A stretch of DNA of 64,000 nt, taken from the NCBI GenBank assembly GCA_052327205.1, contig CM126225.1:6696001-6760000 (forward strand). Direction: 5' to 3'. The notes under the pieces were generated by a model, which saw only the letters and a program-made list of their open reading frames with translations, did not search any database and was not told where the DNA came from. Of the stretch, positions 53,760 to 64,000 are shown piece after piece; positions within the stretch are counted from its first letter, which is position 1, and each line of letters opens with the position of its first letter. The translations under genes were made by a program, and so were the position numbers. The stretch comes from Somniosus microcephalus. Its lineage: Eukaryota.

Positions 53760-55020
53760 AACATGAATGCTGTGGGCGAGTTGCCACTTTTGGAGTATAA
53801 GTGTTATTGGACACTGGCATTCGGGGCTAGAATCGATGGTGACCTGGTCAGTTGCCAGTTAAAGTTAGTCACACGTCTAGTCGTCGTTGAATTGGACTCT
53901 CATCTGGTGAATAGTATGTATGTGGTTTTGCTTATAATCACCTAAGCTTAAAGTAAATGATTTTAGATGCTTGCTTGTAATAATTACATGAATTGAGTAC
54001 AGTTTGTATTCTGGTAATTATTTGTCACTTCTTGCTGATTTTTAAGTAAAAGACATTTCGCAGATTCATTGGGTTTTGTGTTGTCTGTTCCACGGGTCTG
54101 AACTCTATAAACTGTCAATCAGAATGTCTTGAGCACTTCACTGAGCGTAAAGAATTCCTCTGCTCGCTACATTAGCAACATTCTAAGTTTATTCGAGAAT
54201 GTTTTCTCTGCTGACCATTTCCAGCCCAACAGGCCAGAATTTACTGTACCGGACAAATTTAGACTTGCCCGTGGCCATTTAATATCTATGGCCTTTTGCA
54301 CTGGAAGCTGATGTAAGTTAGTGATCCAAATGGCTTGGCTCCCTCCACAGGGCATCTGGGACAGGGCAAGCAACTGTGTGTCTCCTTAACCAATTAGATT
54401 GAAGCATCGTTAACGAACAGCGCAGACTCTGAACCAGGAAGCATAAGGTAGAATTTTGAATTCAATGTCAAATCAGGTACAGAAAGTGAAATAAAGCGAG
54501 GGAATGGTTGGATTAAGAGAGATAGAAAAAAAAAACAGAAAAAAAGTAAAAAAGTCACTTTTTTGAAATCTCCAACAACAATTAAAATCTGAATGAATGA
54601 GATTCCACACTTGTAAAAGTAAATTTTCAGTGCCAGAGAGGTTGTTTGGCAGTAATGAAGACTTACCACGTTGTTAATAGGGTATTTAGACTGAAATGGG
54701 CAATTCCTGGCATTCTGTGGCGTGCTTAGTCCTTATTTACCATGCAAGTACAGAGCCTTCAGGCAGTTCAATACATTTAAATGGAGAGCCAGACAGCGCG
54801 ATGCCCATTTCACATCTAGGAGTTGTGTATTTCTGACAGCAACTTCAGGATTTTCGCAGTTACCTGCGCAACGGTTTGCACATAAATAACAGCAAGGGCC
54901 TTTAGCCTCACTGTTATTTTTACAGTAAATTCTGGTCCGATGGTCTTAAAAGAAAATATTTAAGGCAACCAGAAGAATTCTTACCCATGTGTTCCTAGAC
55001 AGCAGTAAAAGAACTAGTGG
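53760..55020 (+). pseudogene. Probable degenerate exon 1 of the Hox14-like pseudogene, interrupted by a MITE
   Basis: RYI...ENVFSADHFQP (54195-54227) parallels the PG13/14 motif GYI/LD...HETLLPMDSYQP. After the MITE the sequence continues with TGG (W) and later TGT TCC (CS of YCSK). The 5' limit is a guess. Confidence 0.4.
54231..54938. mobile_element. MITE / non-autonomous DNA transposon, ~700 bp
   Basis: Terminal inverted repeats AGGCCAGAATTTACTGTA and TACAGTAAATTCTGGTCC share a 15-bp perfect core; no coding capacity. Confidence 0.7.
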
Positions 55021-55032
55021 AGAAAAATTATA

Positions 55033-55315
55033 TATTTTTTTATTCGTTCATGGGATGTGGGCATCGCTGGCAAGGCCTAGCATTTATTGTCCATCCCTAA
55101 TTGCCCTTGAGAAGGTTGGTGGTGAGCCGCCTTCTTGAACTGCTGCAGTCCGTGTGGTGAAGGTACTCCCACAATGCTGTTAGGGAGGGAGTTCCAGGAT
55201 TTTGACCCAGTGACAATGAAGGAACGGCGATATACTTCCAAGTCAGGATGGCGTGTGACTTGGAGGGGAACTTGGAGGTGGTGGTGTTCCCATGCACCTG
55301 CTGCCCTTGTCCTTC
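55033..55315 (-). mobile_element. Non-LTR retrotransposon 3' end with poly(A)
   Basis: RRSFIVTGSKSWNSLP...QFKKAAHH, AATAAA and an A-tail on the minus strand. Confidence 0.8.
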
Positions 55316-56631
55316 TGCTAAGAAAATGTATAGGAATTGGAATGCAGGGAGCCAAGCATTAGATTGGTATTAGATGTGAATTTCCGTCTGTCCTTTGAGA
55401 AGAGCAAAACCCCTGCCTCTGGATCTAAAATCGGATTTGAAAAAATGAAAACAATCTGAAGACGCCGAGTTAATTATTAATGTCTGGAAAGCAAAACAGA
55501 AAACACAAATCTCCAAACCATCCTTAATATTACAATTAAAATATAAAAGTAATAAAAAAAATTTACTAAAATTAATGCGTCAAAGCGAGAGGGGCTTATA
55601 ATTCTCACCACACTTATTGCAGGAGAAATTCACGGGACAAAACAAAAGAGGAAAATAATCATTATCACGACAAAAAAAATCTGTGGAACCAGTTGAGGAA
55701 ATCCCATTATTGAAGCGATATATCATCCTTAGGATTTTTGTGAAATAAAAAGTTAATAGATTTTGAAACTTCATGTTGAGTTTGAATCTGAGTTTAAAAC
55801 CGGGAATAATCGTTAATATCGTGGAACCAACCCACATTCCTTCTCTCTGTTTTGGTGCAATCTGTTTGATATTTTGCTAACTTCAATCTGTATATTTTGT
55901 TTAATGAGTCTTGGGGAGACTGTGGGACTTTGAATTAAAAAACATGAAACATGTTCAATCTTTCCAAGACAAAAATTCAGATTGCTGAAATAAGAAAAAT
56001 TATATCGTAAAGGAAAGTATCTGACTTTTGAACTGTATCCTTCCCTTAGTCCTTTCTCTGTCACGCTCTCTCTCTCTCGCCCCCCCCCCCCCCCCACACA
56101 CACACACACAAATGCTGCGCTCATAGCAAGCAGATTATTATCACAGGGGTTTAAACAGTAGACGCGCTCCTTGTGACGAAGAAGTGATTGTTGCAATTCT
56201 GCCTTTAAGCGGGGCTGCGAAATTAGTCCTCAGCTGACGCTTCGGTGCGATATAAATGACGCATCGTGAGCGAATTATCTGATTGCTTAACAATTCCTCC
56301 TGAAAAAAATAAATCTTTAGAATTAGAGTGCCGACAGTATAGGCATCGTACAGATAAATATTGGGAGGAAGTATGCGCTCCAGATGACCATTTGATCAGA
56401 TAACGGGGACAGGTTTTACGGCGTGAGAACACCAGATACCCGAGTTTTAAAACAGACGGTACATCAAAGTGTTCGCGAATAGTGCGCAGAGTGAACTGCA
56501 ATGTTCGTGTTTAGAACTGAAACCATTTGCGACCCGTTTACATCGCACCAATATCCCGGGCGGGATATTTTCTAACTTTCCTTCTGATCTAAGGCATCTA
56601 AAAAAAAATTCCATTCACTTCTGTTCTGTAG

Positions 56632-59600
56632 TTATGGGGGAGCAAAGCAAAGGCTGTAAATTTCTTCTGGCACGACCCAATGCAGCAAATTGCCTGACCG
56701 CTTAACTTCCTCCTCGCTTGCAATAATGTTCTCCAAATACCCACCCTAACCAGAGAATCCACCCTGACCAGAGAATCCTCCCTGACCAGAGAATCCACCC
56801 TGACCAGAGAATCCACCCTGACCAGAGAATCCACCCTGACCAGAGAATCCACCCTAACCAGAGAATCCATCCTAACCAGAGAATCCACCCTAACCAGAGA
56901 ATCCACCCTGACCAGAGAATCCACCCTAACCAGAGAATCCACCCTGACCAGAGAATCCACCCTAACCAGAGAATCCACCCTGACCAGAGAATCCACCCTG
57001 ACCAGAGAATCCACCCTAACCAGAGAATCCACCCTAACCAGAGAATCCACCCTGACCAGAGAATCCTCCCTGACCAGAGAATCCACCCTGACCAGAGAAT
57101 CTACCCTAACCAGAGAATCCACCCTGACCAGAGAATCCACACTAACCAGAGAATCCACCCTGACCAGAGAATCCACACTAACCAGAAAATCCACCCTGAC
57201 CAGAGAATCCACCCTAACCAGAGAATCCACCCTGACCAGAGAATCCACCCTGACCAGAGAATCCACCCTGACCAGAGAATCCACCCTAACCAGAGAATCC
57301 ACCCTGACCAGAGAATCCACCCTAACCAGAGAATCCACCCTAACCAGAGAATCCACCCTGACCAGAGAATCCACCCTGACCAGAGAATCCACCCTAACCA
57401 GAGAATCCACCCTAACTAGAGAATCCACCCTGACCAGAGAATCCACCCTGACCAGAGAATCCACCCTAACCAGAGAATCCACCCTGACCAGAGAATCCAC
57501 CCTGACCAGAGAATCCACCCTAACCAGAGAATCCACCCTGACCAGAGAATCCACCCTAACCTGAGAATCCACCCTAACCAGAGAATCCACCCTAACTAGA
57601 GAATCCACCCTAACCAGAGAATCCACCCTAACCAGAGAATCCACCCTAACCAGAGAATCCACCCTGACCAGAGAATCCACCCTAACCAGAGAATACACCC
57701 TAACCAGAGAATCCACCCTGACCAGAGAATCCACCCTGACCAGAGAATCCACCCTAACCAGAGAATCCACCCTAACCAGAGATTCCACCCTAACCAGAGA
57801 TTCCACCCTGACCAGAGAATCCACCCTGACCAGAGAATCCACCCTGACCAGAGAATCCACCCTAACCAGAGAATCCACCCTAACCAGAGAATCCACCCGA
57901 ACCAGAGAATCCACCCTAACCAGAGAATCCACCCTGACCAGAGAATCCACCCTGACCAGAGAATCCACCCTGACCAGAGAATCCACCCTAACCAGAGATT
58001 CCACCCTAACCAGAGATTCCACCCTGACCAGAGAATCCACCCTGACCAGAGATTCCACCCTGACCTGAGAATCCACCCTGACCAGAGAATCCACCCTGAC
58101 CAGAGAATCCACCCTGACCTGAGAATCCACCCTGACCAGAGAATCCACCCTGACCAGAGAATCCACCCTGACCTGAGAATCCACCCTGACCAGAGATTCC
58201 ACCCTGACCAGAGAACCCACCCTGACCAGAGAATCCACCCTAACCAGAGAATCCACCCTGACCAGAGAATCCACCCTAACCAGAGAATCCACCCTGACCA
58301 GAGAATCCACCCTGACCAGAGAATCCACCCTGACCAGAGAATCCACCCTAACCAGAGAATCCACCCTGATCAGAGAATCCACCCTAACCAGAGAATCCAC
58401 TCTGACCAGAGAATGCACCCTAACCAGAGAATCCACCCTGACCAGAGAATCCACCCTGACCAGAGAATCCACCCTAACCAGAGAATCCACCCTAACTAGA
58501 GAATCCACCCTGACCAGAGAATCCACCCTGACCAGAGAATCCACCCTAACCAGAGAATCCACCCTGACCAGAGAATCCACCCTGACCAGAGAATCCACCC
58601 TGACCAGAGAATCCACCCTAACCAGAGAATCCACCCTGATCAGAGAATCCACCCTAACCAGAGAATCCACTCTGACCAGAGAATCCACCCTGACCAGAGA
58701 ATCCACCCTGACCAGAGAATCCACCCTGACCAGAGAATCCACCCTGACCAGAGAATCCACCCTGACCAGAGAATCCACCCTGACCAGAGAATCCACCCTA
58801 ACCTGAGAATCCACCCTAACCACAGAATCCACCCTAACTAGAGAATCCACCCTGACCAGAGAATCCACCCTGACCAGAGAATCCACCCTAACCAGAGAAT
58901 CGACCCTAACCAGAGAATCCACCCTGACCAGAGAATCCACCCTAACCAGAGAATCCACCCTAACCAGAGAATCCACCCTAACCAGAGAATCCACCCTGAC
59001 CAGAGAATCCACCCTGACCAGAGAATCCACCCTGACCAGAGAATGCACCCTGACCAGAGAATCCACCCTGACCAGAGAATCCACCCTAACCAGAGAATCC
59101 ACCCTGACCAGAGAATCCACCCTGACCAGAGAATCTACCCTGACCAGAGAATCCACCCTGACCAGATAATCCACCCTAACCAGAGAATCCACCCTGACCA
59201 GAGAATCCACACTAACCAGAAAATCCACCCTGACCAGAGAATCCACCCTAACCAGAGAATCCACCCTGACCAGAGAATCCATCCTGACCAGAGAACCCAC
59301 CCTGACCAGAGAATCCACCCTGACCAGAGAATCCACCCTGACCAGAGAATCCACCCTAACCAGAGAATCCACCCTGACCAGAGAATCCACCCTAACCAGA
59401 GAATCCACCCTAACAAGAGAATCCACCCTGACCAGAGAATCCACCCTAACTAGAGAATCCACCCTGACCAGAGAATCCACCCTGACCAGAGAATCCACCC
59501 TAACCAGAGAATCCACCCTGACCAGAGAATCCACCCTAACCTGAGAATCCACCCTAACCAGAGAATCCACCCTGACCAGAGAATCCACCCTGACCAGAGA

Positions 59601-60536
59601 ATCCACCCTAACCAGAGAATCCACCCTAACCAGAGAATCCACCCTGACCAGAGAATCCACCCTAACCAGAGAATCCACCCTAACCAGAGAATCCACCCTG
59701 ACCAGAGAATCCACCCTAACCAGAGAATCCACCCTAACCAGAGATTCCACCCTAACCAGAGAATCCACCCTGACCAGAGAATCCACCCTGACCAGAGAAT
59801 GCACCCTAACCAGAGAATCCACCCTAACCAGAGAATCCACCCTGACCAGAGAATTCACCCTGACCAGAGAATCCACCCTGACCTGAGAATCCACCCTGAC
59901 CAGAGATTCCACCCTAACCAGAGAATCCACCCTGACCAGAGAATCCACCCTGACCAGAGAATCCACCCTAACCAGAGAATCCACCCTAACCAGAGAATCC
60001 ACCCTGACCAGAGAATCCACCCTGACCAGAGAATCCACCCTGACCAGAGAATCCACCCTAACCAGAGAATCCACCCTGACCAGAGAATCCACCCTAACCT
60101 GAGAATCCACCCTGACCAGAGAATCCACCCTGACCAGAGAATCCACCCTGACCAGAGAATCCACCCTAACCAGAGAATCCACCCTGACCAGAGAATCCAC
60201 CATGACCAGAGAATCCACCCTAACCAGAGAATCCACCCTGACCAGAGAATCCACCCTGACCAGAGAATCCACCCTAACCAGAGAATCCACCCTGACCAGA
60301 GAATCCACCCTGACCAGAGAATCCACCCTGACCAGAGAATCCACCCTGACCAGAGAATCCACCCTAACCAGAGAATCCACCCTGACCAGAGAATCCACCC
60401 TAACCAGAGAATCCACCCTGACCAGAGAATCCACCCTGACCAGAGAATCCACCCTGACCAGAGAATCCACCCTGACCAGAGAATCCACCCCGGAAATTTG
60501 CCAAGGATTCCCAGCAATAGTTTTGCAGAAAGACAA
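56632..60536 (+). pseudogene. hoxb14: Hox14-like pseudogene exon 2 (homeobox to Q44), split by a 3.75-kb minisatellite
   Basis: Polypyrimidine tract with TAG acceptor at 56631, then EQSKGC (RQRKKR) and P-N..QQIA at 56683-56694 (PYSKQQIAE). After the array, TPEICQ-IPSNSFAERQ at 60487-60536 matches recalled Hox14 TPEV/IRLNISFKLGLTERQ. The match ends at ERQ, where Hox14 genes have their homeobox intron. Confidence 0.65.
56741..60490. repeat. 18-bp minisatellite (ACCAGAGAATCCACCCT[A/G])n, ~208 copies
   Basis: Near-perfect tandem array visible directly; it generates the spurious VRVDSL, HPDQRI and TLTRES ORFs. Confidence 0.98.
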
Positions 60537-61146
60537 TCAAACGAGTGAATAATGGTTTTAAAAGGTTAATTACGACCATCATTTTCTAACCTCGGTTCCT
60601 CTCTGCTCGTCGCCCCTCTCTATCTCTACTTCTATCACTCTGGTATCTCCTCTCTCGGTTCTATTCCATTCTGCTCCCTAGACTTTATTTCTATTTCTAG
60701 CCTCTCATTGTGTCAAACCTCTCTAATTTTGCTCTAGATTTTTCTTTCCAGTCTCTCTCTGTTAAGACTCTCTTTAATTTCCCTCTAGTCTGTCTTTGTC
60801 TAGCCGCTCTTTCGTTTCTCTTTCTCTAGTCTTTCCGTCTGCTCGCTCAATCTTTCTAGTCTTTAGCACATGCGAAGCAAAGCTATTTTAATATTATTAT
60901 TTTATTTCAAGGATACGGTATCGAGTTGTAGTTAAAAAAAATCATAACTAATGAATTACTGTGGGCTGAAATGCTCATCGTTTGCACAGAATGAGTCTCA
61001 GCGCTCACTTTTAAACTCAGGTACATTGGGCCAGAGGCGGATAGGGAGACTGCAAAATCACATGATAAATCTGTTTTTTTGTGTGAATATATCGAGTACA
61101 ATCATTGCGGTCCTCAAACAACAATCAATTGATGTAAACAGTCTGA

Positions 61147-61461
61147 NNNNNNNNNNNNNNNNNNNNNNNNNNNNNNNNNNNNNNNNNNNNNNNNNNNNNN
61201 NNNNNNNNNNNNNNNNNNNNNNNNNNNNNNNNNNNNNNNNNNNNNNNNNNNNNNNNNNNNNNNNNNNNNNNNNNNNNNNNNNNNNNNNNNNNNNNNNNNN
61301 NNNNNNNNNNNNNNNNNNNNNNNNNNNNNNNNNNNNNNNNNNNNNNNNNNNNNNNNNNNNNNNNNNNNNNNNNNNNNNNNNNNNNNNNNNNNNNNNNNNN
61401 NNNNNNNNNNNNNNNNNNNNNNNNNNNNNNNNNNNNNNNNNNNNNNNNNNNNNNNNNNNNN
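61147..61461. other. Assembly gap (315 N)
   Basis: Run of N. Confidence 0.99.
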
Positions 61462-62469
61462 CTCGGTCCACAATGACGGCCAAGGAACCTAATGGATCCC
61501 AAATGCTTTTATGTTAATTTGGATGCAGCGTTTGACTACTCGTTTTGTTCGGCAAGGCTGAACAGATCAGACGTGAAGACACATACGAAGTGGCATTTAT
61601 GAGCAGCGGAAGTCGCTGTCAGTTGGCTTGTTATCCCTGTCCAGCGGGAGAAAGTTGATCCGCAAGGATGTGAATACTTGAACTATCCGTTTTATTAAGT
61701 GTGTGTGTGTGTTATACGTTCGATATGAAGTTTGTTACACGTTCGCTGGTAAAAAAAAATACTATTTCTCGTCTGTCACATATGCAAAACTAACGAACTT
61801 TAGGGGGAGAGGGAAATCAGATCGAGGTGGATTTTGACAGCTCGGATACTGATCAATGCAGGCGCGGTAAGCAATGAACATCCAAATCTAGTGGGTTATT
61901 TTTCAATTCTATACGGCAATGGCCAGGATTTTTTTACACAGCTGAAATTAAATACATTTTATATGCTCTAAACCTTGTGTTATTTTCTCTTTTCGGGCCG
62001 AATAACACAACCACAGATGGATTTATTGGCAGATGAACTCGGTTACTTCTTCTATCACTATTGTTTTTGACAGTTCAGAAAAATCATTGATCTTAATCTA
62101 GAAGTTACGGCTTCAGTTTACAATTTATATCTTTGCCACTTTCAGATTTCCATCATGTTTGATTCATTTTACACGCGGCTCAGCCGAATGGTTCACACAC
62201 GGTGAATGGATAAAATGAAATCGCAGAGATCACTTTCGGAATGTTACTGTTTGCAGCGATTCAGTCAGCTCTACGCTGCAACTGTCCTTAGAAAAGAGTT
62301 TGGAAAATAGGCAGCTTTCTAAAATGAGACACTCGGAAGTGCCACTGGCCGAGGCTCGGAGGTTGAGCTCGGTGGAGTCTAAATAGGTGAAAGCGAGTTG
62401 AGCTTTCCGTCCTTGGAAAGCAGTGAGGATCCCTCCGCAGGGATAGTTTGCACCTCTGTAAAATAATGA

Positions 62470-64000
62470 TCAGTGATCCAATCCATTTACACAGAATTCC
62501 AGTGATCCAATCCAATTGTACAGAATTCCAGTGATCCAATCCAATTGCACAGAATTCCAGTGATCCAATCCAATTTTACAGAATTCCAGTGATCCAATCC
62601 AATTGCACAGAATTTCAGTGATCCAATCCAATTGCACAGAATTCCAGTGATCCAATCCAATTGCAGAGAATTCCAGTGATTCAATCCAATTGTACAGAAT
62701 TCCAGTGACTCAATCCAAATGTACAGAATTCCACTGATCCAATCCAATTGTACAGAATTCCAGTGATCCAATCCAATTGTACAGAATTCTAGTCATCCAA
62801 CCCAATTTGTACAGAATTCCAGTGATGCAATCCAATTGTACAGAATTCCAGTGATCCAATCCAATTGTACAGAATTCTAGTGATCCAATTCAATTGTACA
62901 GAATTCCAGTGATCCAATCCAATTGAACAGAATTCCACTGATCCAATACATTTGCACAGAATTCCAGTGACTCAATTCAATTGTACAGAATTCCAGTGAC
63001 TCAATCTAATTGTACAGAATTCCAGTGATCCAATCCAATTGTACAGAATTCCAGTGATCCAATCCAATTGTACAGAATTCCAGTGATCCAATCCAATTGT
63101 ACAAAATTCCAGAGATCCAATCCAATTGTACAGAATTCCAGTGACTCAATCCAATTGTACAGAATTCCAGTAACACAATCTAATTGTACAGAATTCCAGT
63201 GACCCAATCCAATTGTACAGAATTCCAGTGATCCAATCCAATTGTACAGAATTCCAGTAACTCAATCCAATTGTACAGAATTACAGGGACTCAATCCAAT
63301 TGCACAGAATTCCAGTAATCCAACCTAATTTTACAGAATTCCAGTGATCCAATCCATTTGCACAGAATTCCGGCGACTCAATCCAATTGTACAGAATTCC
63401 CATGATCCAATCCAATTGTACAGAATTACAGTGATCCAATCCAATTGTACAGAATTACAGTGACCCAATCCAATTGTACAGAATTCCAGTGATCCAATCT
63501 AATTGCACACAATTCCAGTGACACAATCCAATTGCACAGAATTCCAGTGATCCAATCCAATTGTACAGAATTCCAGTGAGCCAATCCAATTGCACAGAAT
63601 TCCAGTGACTCAATCCAATTGTACAGAATTCCAGTGATCCAATCCAATGGTACAGAATTCCAGTGACTGAATCCAACTGTACAGAATTCCAGTGACTCAA
63701 TCCAATTGTACAGAATCCAGTGATCCAATTAAATTGTACAGAATTCCAGTGATTCAATCCAATTGCACAGAATTCCAGTGACTCAATCCAATTGTACAGA
63801 ATTCCAGTGATCCAATCCAATTGTAAAGAATTCCAGTGACTCAATTCAATTGTACAGAATTCCAGTGACTCAATCCAATTGTACAGAATTCCAGTGATCC
63901 AATTCAATTGTAAAGAATTCCAGTGATCCAATCCAATTGTACAGAATTCCAGTGATCCAATCCAAATGTACAGAATTCCAGTGATCCAATCCAATTGTAC
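62470..64000. repeat. 29-bp tandem satellite (CAGAATTCCAGTGATCCAATCCAATTGTA)n, running off the window end
   Basis: About 50 more diverged copies, most with GAATTC and CAATTG. Confidence 0.96.

Noticed and set aside
56598-60536. 1312-aa (VRVDSL)n ORF and overlapping repeat ORFs
   Set aside because: Artefact of an 18-bp stop-free tandem repeat; no canonical start or other coding signature.
60951-61517. ORFs spanning the N run
   Set aside because: Artefacts of the assembly gap.
56741-64000. CRISPR-like or telomeric arrays
   Set aside because: No unique spacers and the context is eukaryotic; CCCTAA occurs once per 18-bp unit, not as (TTAGGG)n.

Overview
Vertebrate genomic DNA, most likely from a shark or other elasmobranch (inferred from its CR1, L2 and DeuSINE repeats). 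It covers the posterior (5') end of a HoxB cluster. The only intact gene is two-exon HoxB13 on the minus strand (14093-15459, 307 aa). Manual translation also shows a set of decayed genes the ORF track misses: a two-exon HoxB12-like pseudogene (~6242-7243, -), a possible HoxB11 5' relic at the window edge, a three-exon Evx pseudogene (~44020-46445, -) and a Hox14-like pseudogene on the plus strand (~53760-60540). The Evx-Hox14 pair is head-to-head but inverted relative to HoxB13. A 3.75-kb 18-bp minisatellite lies inside the Hox14 homeobox and appears to derive from it. The rest is retrotransposon debris, a MITE, a 29-bp satellite and a 315-nt gap. Reference proteins were recalled from memory and alignments made by eye, so pseudogene calls need computational confirmation. 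Repeat boundaries are approximate.
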